NCBI GenBank assembly: GCA_020633825.1
Contig: JACKCV010000002.1
Location: 139,553-203,552 of the forward strand
Reading direction: 5' to 3'
Origin: Fibrobacteria bacterium
GTDB lineage: Bacteria > Fibrobacterota > Fibrobacteria > UBA5070
Length of the DNA stretch: 64,000 nucleotides
The notes under the pieces were generated by a model that saw nothing but the letters and a program-made list of their open reading frames with translations, was not told the DNA's origin and searched no databases. Below, piece after piece: positions 47,432-56,512 of this stretch (position 1 is its first letter; each line of letters starts with the position of its first letter). A program made the position numbers and the translations under genes.

Positions 47432-48883
47432 GTGAAACGATTCGTAGTGAGATGGATGAGTGGGGAAAGCCTCCCTCGGGAGGTGCACATTCCCGTTTGG
47501 GTTCCCGCCGCGCCCATGGTGGCCTTGCTGGTCGGATCCTTGGCCTTGTGGGGGCTCTGGCATTCTCCCTGGTCCCCCTCCCGCCTGGGGAATCAATTGG
47601 AACTTCTTCGCCAGGACAACCTGCGGTTGGAGAGCCAGAGGGATCGGGCGGAACAGGGGTTGAGCCAAGCGGAGGGAGCCTTGAAAGGAATCGAGGCCTT
47701 GATCCAGGAGGGACCTCCGCCGCGCACGACGCGTCCGGAAGATTCCGCCGAGGCGACGGTCACCAAGGGGGTTCTCGGCTTTTTCGGGGGTGCGGACCGA
47801 GTCGCGCCCGATGTGGCCCGCTTGCTCGAGGACTCCCGCCGGATTCGCGGGGATTGGGAGCACCTCCTTCTGGCCCTCGAGAGGCGTCCCGATGTGACGG
47901 CGAGGTTGCCGACCATCCGCCCCGTGCGCGCGGATGCCCCCGAGGTCTCTCCGTTCGGTCCCGCGCAGGATCCGTTCACGGGACTGCATATGGATGCCAC
48001 GGGTGTGGCCTGGGGGGTTCCCGTGGGCACTCCCGTGTGGGCGACCGGAGCCGGTCGGGTCGTGGCGGTCGATCGCCAGATGCGATGGGGGCAGATCGTG
48101 GAAATCGACCATGGCCGCGACATCCGGACGTTCTACGGCCATCTCTCCCAGGTTTCGGTCCGCGAGGGGGATCTGGTCCTCAGGGGACAGGTGATCGGCT
48201 TGAGCGGGAGGAGCGGGGCGACTCTCGGTCCTCGACTCTTCTACGCGATCTTCCAGGGACGCGAAGTCCGCAACCCATGGGACTTCATCCTTCCCGATCC
48301 TCCCCGCGATTCCCTGCGCGAAGACGATGGATTCCTTCGGAAGGAATGGAAGACCGTCTCCGCCTCGAAGGAATCAGAGGGAGCCGGTCAGGATCAATCG
48401 GATGCCAGCGGCTTCGGCGAAGGGAAGAAGTCCCCATCCCGCAAGCGCGCCCAGGCCCGCGAACCCGATCCCGCGAAGCAGGACAATCCACCAACGGGAC
48501 CCGCCACCGGGACCCGACCAGAAAAGATTGACCGTCTCGAAGGAAAGTCCTCCCAGCCCCAGCAGGATGGTGGCGCCGCCCGCGATCCAAAAACCGGTTC
48601 CCCAGCCAAGGGAAGGGTCGAACCAACGCGCCCAGGCGAAGGAGAGGCAAGCCAGAACTTGCAACCCGAGAAGGTAGAGACCACCCAAGGACCAGAACAT
48701 GGTGACAAGGGTAGCACCGGATCCTCGGCCACGACAACCACCATCGAAGGGGATGCCGGAGCAAAGAGACCGCCGGCGCCAGCGGCGGAGCCACCAACTC
48801 CCGCACCCCCTGCCCCCAAGCCCTCGACACCCATCCCCGAACCTCCTCCGCAGGCCGAGCCACCTCCCTCGGCCGCTCCGTAG
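47432..48883 (+). CDS. EnvC-like M23/LytM-domain protein (coiled-coil N-terminus, apparently degenerate LytM active site, ~170-aa disordered P/E/K-rich tail)
   Basis: 'GLHMDATGVAWGVPVGTPVWATGAGRVVAV...IVEIDHGRDIRTFYGHLSQV'; HxxxD present, but the usual HxH reads 'GHL'. Confidence 0.7.
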   Translation: MKRFVVRWMSGESLPREVHIPVWVPAAPMVALLVGSLALWGLWHSPWSPSRLGNQLELLRQDNLRLESQRDRAEQGLSQAEGALKGIEALIQEGPPPRTTRPEDSAEATVTKGVLGFFGGADRVAPDVARLLEDSRRIRGDWEHLLLALERRPDVTARLPTIRPVRADAPEVSPFGPAQDPFTGLHMDATGVAWGVPVGTPVWATGAGRVVAVDRQMRWGQIVEIDHGRDIRTFYGHLSQVSVREGDLVLRGQVIGLSGRSGATLGPRLFYAIFQGREVRNPWDFILPDPPRDSLREDDGFLRKEWKTVSASKESEGAGQDQSDASGFGEGKKSPSRKRAQAREPDPAKQDNPPTGPATGTRPEKIDRLEGKSSQPQQDGGAARDPKTGSPAKGRVEPTRPGEGEASQNLQPEKVETTQGPEHGDKGSTGSSATTTTIEGDAGAKRPPAPAAEPPTPAPPAPKPSTPIPEPPPQAEPPPSAAP

Positions 48884-48893
48884 GGATGACCTC

Positions 48894-49799
48894 CTAACCG
48901 GGGTGGGGCGAGGCGATGCTCCCCGAATCGATTCCTCCGTGGATCTCCACGGGAATCCCTTCCGATTCCAGGCGAGCCCCCAGCGACAGGAGCCAATCGG
49001 AGGGCACGGGACGACACCCTTCGCGACTGGTGGCACGGGCGATGGTGTGGAGCTGGACACCCTTCAAGGGAGCGCATCGCTGGATCCGCAGGATCCTCGA
49101 CATCCAGGCATCGACCTCGCCCGGTTCGGGAAGGGTCCCTTCGAATTCCATCCACAATGTCTGGATCTTCAAGGGATAGAGTCGGACGGCGGTCTCCAGG
49201 TTGCTCTGGATCCGTTCCAGAGGAACCCGGGAAACGCTGACTCTTGCGAAACCCTCCTCGGTCCCGGCATCGAGCTTTCCCCAGATTTCGCCGTCCAGGG
49301 TGGTCAATGCCTCCAAGCCGCGCTGCACTTCGGTCCGATCGAGAAGGGTGGCGTTGGTGATCAGGACCAATTTCCAGGGGGAGCCTCCCGCTTCGCGCCA
49401 CCGCTTCTGGGTTCCCAGCAGTCGCCGGGACGCTTCGGGGAAGGAGGGGTCGAGGGTGGGCTCGCCATCTCCGGACAAGGCCACATCCCGCAGGATTCGA
49501 CGAGAGGGCGGGACCAGCGGGAACAGGTCCGCGAGGCCGGTATGCGCCACCCGTCCGAGCATGGTTTCGATTTCCCGGTCGAGCAGATCCAGATCGACCG
49601 CGGCACGGGCCGCGGGAACCCTTCGGTCGACCTGGCAGTAGGGGCAGTCGAAGTTGCACCTCCGGTCGAGGTTCAGGTTCACTCCCAGGGACAGTCCGCC
49701 GGAACGCCGGGAGAGGACCGGATAGACATGGCGGAACCCCTCGAAGGAACGCGGGTGGTGGGCGAACGCGGCCAGGAGCGGCGACGGTGAATCTTCCAT
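48894..49799 (-). CDS. Radical SAM domain protein
   Basis: 'CNFDCPYC' CxxxCxxC cluster near the N-terminus; 301 aa. Confidence 0.75.
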   Translation of the reverse strand: MEDSPSPLLAAFAHHPRSFEGFRHVYPVLSRRSGGLSLGVNLNLDRRCNFDCPYCQVDRRVPAARAAVDLDLLDREIETMLGRVAHTGLADLFPLVPPSRRILRDVALSGDGEPTLDPSFPEASRRLLGTQKRWREAGGSPWKLVLITNATLLDRTEVQRGLEALTTLDGEIWGKLDAGTEEGFARVSVSRVPLERIQSNLETAVRLYPLKIQTLWMEFEGTLPEPGEVDAWMSRILRIQRCAPLKGVQLHTIARATSREGCRPVPSDWLLSLGARLESEGIPVEIHGGIDSGSIASPHPG

Positions 49800-49843
49800 C
49801 CCTCAAAGTTACGAGTCCTCGGGCGACCACCTACCTTTGGGGG

Positions 49844-50914
49844 ATGGAAGACGATCTCTCGCGCATCGACCGTGCCTTTTCCCTGGCGAAGCTCGCCAAA
49901 GGCACCACGGGCCCGAATCCCTCCGTGGGGGCTGTGCTGTGGGACTCCAAGGGACGCCTGGTCGCCGAAGCCGCGACCAGCCCCACCGGACGCCCGCATG
50001 CCGAACGTCGTGTCCTGGAATCGGCCAGGAAACGGGCCGAAGGGGGGACGATGGCGGTCACCCTGGAGCCTTGCGTGGCCTTCCCGGGGAAGAAGAGTCC
50101 TCCTTGCGCCGCCGCCATCATCCTCTCCGGGGTGGAACGGGTCCTCGTCGGGTGTCCGGATCCTAACCCTCTGGTGTCGGGGAAGGGGATCCATGCGCTC
50201 CGTCGCGCGGGGATCCAGGTGGATCTCCTCGATCCCCAGGGCCGGATCGCGGACTTCTACGCCGGCTTCGGCACCTGGGTCGCCAAAAAACGTCCTCGAG
50301 TGACCCTGAAGATCGCCTTGTCCTCCGATGGCCGGGCCAACCCCTCCCCCGGAAGGAGGGGAGCCATCACGGGCGAGGCGGCGCGTCGGTTCGTCCATGA
50401 ATTGCGGTCGACCAGCGACGCCGTCCTGGTGGGGGCGTCCACCGTGGCCATCGACGACCCGCTCCTGACGGTGCGCGATGTCGACGGTCCCTCCCCGCGC
50501 CCTCTGGTGCTGGCAGGCTCCCGCGGCATGCCACGGAGCCGATCGCTCTGGAAGGATCCCCGGACGGTCGTGTTCGCCTCGACGCCTCCCTCGGGAGTGC
50601 CTGGACACGTCTCCGTGGTCGAGGTCCCCGGAGTGGAGGGACGCTGCGATCTCCAGGCAGTTCTCGATCGCTGCGGAGCCGAGGGGATCCACGACCTGCT
50701 CGTCGAACCCGGCCCCGGTCTCCTGGGCGCCTTCCTGCGGTCGCGATTGTGGGATCGTCTCTGGGTGTTGCGTTCCCCGCTTCCCCAACCGGGGGGGGAA
50801 TGTTTCGATCCCGATGGCCTCCTCCCCGAGGGGGCACCATCCCAGGAGCGCGACCTCGGATCCGATCGGGCCTTCCTCTTCGAGAGGGACGGCTCCGAGG
50901 AGGAAGAGGCGTGA
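49844..50914 (+). CDS. ribD: Riboflavin biosynthesis protein RibD (deaminase + reductase)
   Basis: 'HAERRVLE...TLEPCVAFPGKKSPPC' zinc-deaminase motif; C-terminal RibD reductase-like domain. Internal start in ORF 49787..50914. Confidence 0.85.
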   Translation: MEDDLSRIDRAFSLAKLAKGTTGPNPSVGAVLWDSKGRLVAEAATSPTGRPHAERRVLESARKRAEGGTMAVTLEPCVAFPGKKSPPCAAAIILSGVERVLVGCPDPNPLVSGKGIHALRRAGIQVDLLDPQGRIADFYAGFGTWVAKKRPRVTLKIALSSDGRANPSPGRRGAITGEAARRFVHELRSTSDAVLVGASTVAIDDPLLTVRDVDGPSPRPLVLAGSRGMPRSRSLWKDPRTVVFASTPPSGVPGHVSVVEVPGVEGRCDLQAVLDRCGAEGIHDLLVEPGPGLLGAFLRSRLWDRLWVLRSPLPQPGGECFDPDGLLPEGAPSQERDLGSDRAFLFERDGSEEEEA

Positions 50915-50970
50915 ACGGGGGGTGTGCTCCCCGTCAAAACCATCCGGTCCGCGAGGGCTCCGGGTTCGGG

Positions 50971-51468
50971 ATGCGGGGGGCGACAAAAAATGTCTCCTTC
51001 TCCGGGGGCCGCCGCAGGACGATCCACCGGTCCGGGGCGTTCCTGGGGATGCTCCTGGCGGGCCTGGTCTCGCCAGCGGACGCCGACTTCTACTTCAACG
51101 GACCGCGGAACGAGGATTGGCTGATCGTCAGCCCGCAGATCGGCAGGACTCTCGGCACCTCCGGCGGATGGATGGGAGGATGCAACGTATCCTGGTACGC
51201 CACCGCCGTCGGGGTGGGGGGAGTCGGAGCCGGGCTGCTCGCCTCGGAAGACCAGGTCCAGGCCGAGATCCTCGCGAAGGTTGCGCTGATGGGGGTCGCC
51301 GGTGGGAGCGCCGGCATCGTTCTCGATGGGGGCGCGGCGGGATTCACCGGGGATCTGTGGGGCTCGGCCCTCCTGGCCGGGGTCCGCTGGAGGTATACCC
51401 GGATCCGGGAGGAATCACGGTACGGCGTGCTTGTCTTCCTCCCGTTGTGGTACTTGAACCTGGAATAA
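50971..51468 (+). CDS. Small secreted Gly-rich hypothetical protein (~165 aa)
   Basis: Signal-like 'RRRTIHRSGAFLGMLLAGLVSPADA' then Gly/Ala-rich beta-strand-like segments. Internal start in ORF 50749..51468. Confidence 0.4.
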   Translation: MRGATKNVSFSGGRRRTIHRSGAFLGMLLAGLVSPADADFYFNGPRNEDWLIVSPQIGRTLGTSGGWMGGCNVSWYATAVGVGGVGAGLLASEDQVQAEILAKVALMGVAGGSAGIVLDGGAAGFTGDLWGSALLAGVRWRYTRIREESRYGVLVFLPLWYLNLE

Positions 51469-51590
51469 GGTTGCCGCCCGAACTGGATGGGCGGGGCCAA
51501 GGTCCCGGTGGCTGAACGGGTGCGATCCTTCCGGTTCCGTGGACACCTTCGTCGGTCGGTCCACCGATCCCAGGCGCTACCTTTGTGCCC

Positions 51591-52085
51591 ATGAAGTGCA
51601 TCGAAACGCTGCGTCGAGTCCGGAAAGCCCTTGATCTTCAACCAGAGGATCTCCACAGGATCTTTTCGATCGCCGACCAGGTGCTCGAGCCCGACCTTCT
51701 GCAGGAGATCCTCAAGCCGGTGGAGGAGGAAACCTCCGACTCCGGTTCGAGCGAGATCCTCGCCGCCTTCCTGGAAGGGTTGATCGTCGACCGGAGGGGG
51801 CCCGGGCCTCGCGATCCCCAGGCGGCCCTCGCCCAGCGAGTCGCGCTGGACAACAGCGACATCCTCAAGAAGTTGCGCATCGCCCTGGACATGCGCCACA
51901 ACGAGGTGGTCGCCACCCTGGCGCGTGTGGGAGCCAATCCCACCAAGACCGATGTGGCCTCCTGGTTCCGCGCCAAGGGGCACGCCCAATACCGGGTCGC
52001 CTCCGACAGCGTGCTGCGCTACTTCCTCGAGGGCTACCGCCCCCCACGACGCCCGCGGCTTCCCAAGACCGCCTTCGGCGCGTGA
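51591..52085 (+). CDS. DUF1456 (YehS-like) family protein
   Basis: Two half-domains; 'NSDILKKLRIALDMRHNEVV...FRAKGHAQYRVASDSVLRYFLEGY' aligns with E. coli YehS from memory. Confidence 0.65.
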   Translation: MKCIETLRRVRKALDLQPEDLHRIFSIADQVLEPDLLQEILKPVEEETSDSGSSEILAAFLEGLIVDRRGPGPRDPQAALAQRVALDNSDILKKLRIALDMRHNEVVATLARVGANPTKTDVASWFRAKGHAQYRVASDSVLRYFLEGYRPPRRPRLPKTAFGA

Positions 52086-52095
52086 TCCTCCGGCC

Positions 52096-52755
52096 TCAGG
52101 TGGTGTAGCGGGAGCAGGTTTCCCGCAGAGCCAGGAGGTCGGAGCGGATGCCCTCGAAGTCGCCTTCCTTCAGGCGGGAAGGAGGAAACACCGACCCTCC
52201 GAAAGCCAGCGCGTCGGCACCGCTTCGCAGGTATTCCGACGCATTGGACGCGTTCACCCCGCCGCAGGCCAGGAGCGGGACGTCGCGGAAGGGGCCTCGC
52301 AGCTCCTTGATGTAGGTGGGCCCACCAGCAGTGTGGGACGGGAACACCTTGACCATCGAGCCCCCTGCCCGGATGGCGTTCCAGACTTCCTGGGGCGTGA
52401 AGGCTCCAGGAAGGGTGGGGATGCCGTTCTCGTCTGCCCAAGCCTGCACTTCGGGGACCAGGCAGGGCGAAACCAGGAAGGACGCACCGGATTTCACGGC
52501 GAGTCGGGCTTCGGAAACCGAGAGGACGGTTCCTGCTCCGACCATCACCTCCGACCCGAGCAGATCCCGGAGCCGTTCGATCTGTCGACCCGCGTTGGGA
52601 GTGTTCATGGTGACTTCGACGAACCCGATGCGGGTTTCGGAAATCACTTCCGCGAGATGGATCAGGGACGTGTCGGGGATGCCGCGCAGGATGGCCAGAA
52701 GCCTGGATGCGCGAAGCCGCGAGCGGAATTCCTCCTTGAACGGGTGGTCGACCAT
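52096..52755 (-). CDS. eda: KDPG / KHG aldolase (Eda)
   Basis: 'VEVTMNTPNA', 'GAGTVL', 'SPCLVPEV', 'GGSMVKVFP' motifs; 219 aa. Start trimmed from ORF 52096..53238. Confidence 0.85.
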   Translation of the reverse strand: MVDHPFKEEFRSRLRASRLLAILRGIPDTSLIHLAEVISETRIGFVEVTMNTPNAGRQIERLRDLLGSEVMVGAGTVLSVSEARLAVKSGASFLVSPCLVPEVQAWADENGIPTLPGAFTPQEVWNAIRAGGSMVKVFPSHTAGGPTYIKELRGPFRDVPLLACGGVNASNASEYLRSGADALAFGGSVFPPSRLKEGDFEGIRSDLLALRETCSRYTT

Positions 52756-53705
52756 CAGTCGAGCCCCGAGGAGACCATGCGCTCGAAGAAGAGACGGTAG
52801 TTCTCGGCATCCTCGCCCTTGCGGACATCCAGAGCTTCCTGGGGATGCATGTTCAGCTGCCCGGCGATCATGTGGGGAATGATGTAGCCCCATTCGTGCT
52901 TCTGGCGAAGGGGGATGAATTCCTTCGCGACGAGATCGAGCACCGGACGGATGTCGAATTTCGGGTTCTTCAAGAAGCCCAGGAGGAGTTCCAGCGTGCA
53001 ATTGCCCGCGGCTCGTCCCATTCCGTACACGGTGGCGTCGAGGTAGTTGACGTTGTGGATGATGGCTTCGATGGTGTTGGCGAAGGCGAGCTGCTGGTTG
53101 TTGTGCCCGTGGAAGCCAAGCTCCTTGGTCTTGATCCATTTGCGGGCGCGATGGACCAGCTTCTCGATGTCCTCCTGGTAGAACGATCCGAAGGAATCGA
53201 CCAGGTAGATCACCTCCGCATGCGACTCCTTGTCGCATTGGTCCATGGCCTCGTCGAGCTCGGGACCGCGGTCGCGGGAAAGCGCCATCAGGTTGATGCA
53301 GGTCTCGTAGCCGAGGTCGTGGAATTGGTTGGCCATGGCGATGGCCTTGTCGACGCCCTTCACGTAGCTCGCCACGCGCACCATGTGGTAGGGACTTTCC
53401 GAGGCGGGCTTGATGGACTCCATGTCCACGCGACCCACGTCGGCCATCACCGAGATCTTGGCGCCGCCTTCGACGCCTTGGGTCACCGAGCGGATGTCAT
53501 CGTCGGAGCAGAACTTCCAAGGTCCGAAGGATGGATCGGGGAAGAGGGCGCGGCTGTTCTTGTAGCCGATCTCGAAATAATCCACGCCGGCGGCGGACAC
53601 GCCCTGGTAGACGCGGCGGACGAAATCGACGCTGAAGTCGTGGCGGTTGACCAGTCCGCCATCGCGGATGGTGCAATCGAGGACCTTGATCTGTTCGCGG
53701 TACAT
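52755..53705 (-). CDS. HMGL-like / DRE-TIM metallolyase-family aldolase (pyruvate-carboxyltransferase fold)
   Basis: 'VLDCTIRDGGL', 'HGHNNQQLAFANTIEAI'; stop overlaps the eda ATG (TGATG). Confidence 0.7.
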   Translation of the reverse strand: MYREQIKVLDCTIRDGGLVNRHDFSVDFVRRVYQGVSAAGVDYFEIGYKNSRALFPDPSFGPWKFCSDDDIRSVTQGVEGGAKISVMADVGRVDMESIKPASESPYHMVRVASYVKGVDKAIAMANQFHDLGYETCINLMALSRDRGPELDEAMDQCDKESHAEVIYLVDSFGSFYQEDIEKLVHRARKWIKTKELGFHGHNNQQLAFANTIEAIIHNVNYLDATVYGMGRAAGNCTLELLLGFLKNPKFDIRPVLDLVAKEFIPLRQKHEWGYIIPHMIAGQLNMHPQEALDVRKGEDAENYRLFFERMVSSGLD

Positions 53706-54049
53706 GGGCCACTCCGGAAATCAAATGTGAGACACGGAAAGGTAGGTCTTTGTGGGAGGCAGGGCGTTCGGCCGGATCGTGTCCCCATCCGGGAGTGGTC
53801 TCGACTCCCCTCGGGCGACGCTCGGGATGGCGCCTCCGCATCACCCATGGCTCCGCGGGGAAGGAGAGGGGGCAACTCAGCCGCGATTGGCCGGCGGCAT
53901 GGCGACCCTGCTTCGCTTCGAGAGGACGATCCCGGTTCTTCGATCGGTCGCTTGGCGTTCGCCAAGCGGGCCCATCCGGCATTTCCCCGACCTCCCGGGG
54001 GGGGATTCCAGGGGGAAGCGGGGCGCATTCCCGGAAGGCGGGCCGACGA

Positions 54050-54793
54050 TTACTTGCCGGCGCCCAGCCCGAAGAGGAGCATGGCGGCACTGGCGAGTAC
54101 GAGCAGGCCCAGTTGAATCGGGCTGGTGGCAACATCCAGCGGGATGGTGAGGAAAAGCCACTTGAAGTCGTTCCGGCCGTTTCCCCTAGGAGGGCGAACC
54201 AGGACCTGGTTTCGCAGCGAGTGGAGAGACAGCTTTTCGTCCCTCACAGCGGAATTGAAGGTGTAGAGGATTCTGGAATCTAGACCCGTGTGCCAAACGC
54301 GACGAGATTCACCTCGGCCGGGATCGCGGATGTCGAGGATCAAAAGGGCGGTGACGAGGTTTCTGGAACGGGTGGGATGGAAGGGGATGGGGGAGTCGGA
54401 TACGACAAGCTGCAGGCGCTGGGGAGTGGAAACGTCGTCGCATTCGAGCGGAAGTTGATCGGTGAGCTCCGCCCCGGGTGAAAGGTCCAGGTAGAGCGGG
54501 GCAGAGGCCGCATTCAGGCGGTAGATGGGGCGTTGGGCGCAAGCCCGATCTCCACGAATCTCCACGGGAAGCTCGGTGGGAATCCAATCCAGGGCCGGGG
54601 CTTTCCAGGAGCTGGATTCGTCGCGGCGATCGATTTGATCCACCAGATGCATGGAGAAGCATCCGCTGAGGAGCGAGGCCATCGCAAGTAGGGGGGCGAA
54701 TCCGGTGGCACGTCTCGTATGCGAGGACGGGGGCGATTTCTCGGAGGTCGCCGCATGTGAACCGATCGAGAAGTCCGGAAGCCCGCGTTTCAT
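54050..54793 (-). CDS. Hypothetical lipoprotein with C-terminal hydrophobic anchor
   Basis: 'LLAMASLLSGC' lipobox; C-terminus 'IQLGLLVLASAAMLLFGLGAGK'; ATG overlaps the upstream stop (ATGA). Confidence 0.5.
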   Translation of the reverse strand: MKRGLPDFSIGSHAATSEKSPPSSHTRRATGFAPLLAMASLLSGCFSMHLVDQIDRRDESSSWKAPALDWIPTELPVEIRGDRACAQRPIYRLNAASAPLYLDLSPGAELTDQLPLECDDVSTPQRLQLVVSDSPIPFHPTRSRNLVTALLILDIRDPGRGESRRVWHTGLDSRILYTFNSAVRDEKLSLHSLRNQVLVRPPRGNGRNDFKWLFLTIPLDVATSPIQLGLLVLASAAMLLFGLGAGK

Positions 54794-55596
54794 GGGTTCT
54801 CCCGCTGGAGGGTTCGTACATCGAGGTCGACGGAAATCCTTTCCACCGATGCCTGGTCGGAAGGAGGCGCGGCGGAATCCTTGGCGGTGGGAAGAACAAC
54901 ACGAAGATGCAGGATGTGCTCCTCGCCTGGAAGCCAGATCAATTCGGGGTGGAGATAGGCGAGTCCATCGCAGGAAGGCGAGTCGTTGGTTGACTCGTCG
55001 GTGCGAGGGACCTCCCACCAGCCTTGGCAACCGGCGCTGCACCAGATCCGCTCCAACCAAGCCATGGCGGGAGTCTGCCCCACGGATTGGAGTTCGAGTC
55101 GCAAGGCGGTCTTGGACTCCTCGGATCGGGACGGTGAAGCCAGACGGCTTGCTTCCTCCAAAACGGGGGCGATGGCATCCGATGGCACCGGAATGGAAAG
55201 GGTGTCGAAAATCTCGTCGGCAGTGCGCAGGAGGAGGGTGAGTCGGGCCGGAAAGGATGGGGTGCCCAGGCAGGGGTCGTGGTAGAAGGCCGCATCGAGA
55301 GAGATGCCCGGTGGCAAGAGTGGATCCCCCACGAGACGGGGTGCGCCCACCTTCGATCGAGGATCGGCTTCCTCGGAGGCCAGGACGGTCCGGAAGACCC
55401 ATCCGTCGTGATCGGAAGGCGGCTCGATCCGCAGGTGCCTGATATTGGTTTCCAAGGGACATGCTCGGACACTCGCGGGTGGCGTCCAGGGTATGCCCTT
55501 TCCAGGCAGATCCACGCGGATGGACCCCGATGCAGCACACGATGCGAAAACTGTTGCAACGACCGCCAGGAAAGGGGCTGGCAGGCGCAGCTTCAT
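54790..55596 (-). CDS. Hypothetical lipoprotein (268 aa)
   Basis: 'MKLRLPAPFLAVVATVFASC' lipobox; ATG overlaps the map stop (ATGA). Confidence 0.55.
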   Translation of the reverse strand: MKLRLPAPFLAVVATVFASCAASGSIRVDLPGKGIPWTPPASVRACPLETNIRHLRIEPPSDHDGWVFRTVLASEEADPRSKVGAPRLVGDPLLPPGISLDAAFYHDPCLGTPSFPARLTLLLRTADEIFDTLSIPVPSDAIAPVLEEASRLASPSRSEESKTALRLELQSVGQTPAMAWLERIWCSAGCQGWWEVPRTDESTNDSPSCDGLAYLHPELIWLPGEEHILHLRVVLPTAKDSAAPPSDQASVERISVDLDVRTLQRENP

Positions 55597-56381
55597 GGAA
55601 GCGTGAGGATCTCGGTTCCGTTTTCGGTCAGGGCGATGGTGTGCTCGAACTGGGCCGAAAGGCGGCCATCGGAAGTGACGGCGGTCCATCCATCTTCCAG
55701 CAACCTGGTTTTCCAGGCGCCCTGGTTGATCATCGGCTCGATGGTGAACACCATTCCGCGCCGCAGGCGAGGCCCCTGGCGGTCGCGATAGTGCAGAACC
55801 GAAGGCTCCTCGTGGAAACGCCTGCCGATCCCGTGTCCGCAATACTCGCGAACCACCCCGTACCCTTCGGCTTCGGCGAGGTCCTGGATGGCGGCTCCGA
55901 TGTCCCCGAGGAAGGCTCCTTCGCGCGCGGCCTGGATGCCGACGTCGAGGCATCGCCGGGTGGTTTCGACGAGGTGACGCGCTTCCGGCGAAGGCGTCCC
56001 GACGAAGTAGGTGTTCGAGCAGTCCCCGTGGTATCCGTCGAGAGTGACGGTGATGTCGAGATTCACGATATCGCCGTCGGCGAGGATCTGGCGCTCGGAC
56101 GGGATGCCATGGGTCACCACCTCGTTGACCGAGGTGCAGATGGAACAGGGAAATCCACCTGGTCCGATCTTCGGATTGCGGGGGTCGGTGGGACGCCCGG
56201 GATAGTTCAGCGGACTCGGGTAGGCGCCGTGATCGAGGATGAATTCCCGGACCTTGGTGTCGATCTCCAGGGTGCTGACACCCGGAGCGACCAGGGTGCC
56301 GGCGTACTCGAGGGTCTTGGCGGCGAGATTCCCCGCGCGGCGCATGTGCCGGATTTCTTCCGGAGTCTTGAGTCGGATCAT
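55593..56381 (-). CDS. map: Methionine aminopeptidase type I
   Basis: 'MIRLKTPEEIRHMRRAG', 'CTSVNEVVTHGIP', 'DIVNLDITV', 'GHGIGRRFHEEP', 'FTIEPM'. Confidence 0.9.
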   Translation of the reverse strand: MIRLKTPEEIRHMRRAGNLAAKTLEYAGTLVAPGVSTLEIDTKVREFILDHGAYPSPLNYPGRPTDPRNPKIGPGGFPCSICTSVNEVVTHGIPSERQILADGDIVNLDITVTLDGYHGDCSNTYFVGTPSPEARHLVETTRRCLDVGIQAAREGAFLGDIGAAIQDLAEAEGYGVVREYCGHGIGRRFHEEPSVLHYRDRQGPRLRRGMVFTIEPMINQGAWKTRLLEDGWTAVTSDGRLSAQFEHTIALTENGTEILTLP

Positions 56382-56512
56382 TTCCGACCCAATATAGGTC
56401 CCGCTTCGGGGGAGGGGGATCGCGGCACCGGTTCCGGGCAGGAGGTCGACCACCTGCCTGGGGGAAAACGGAGTGGTTCCGAAGAGCTAGATTCCTGTCT
56501 CCAGGAGGAAGC

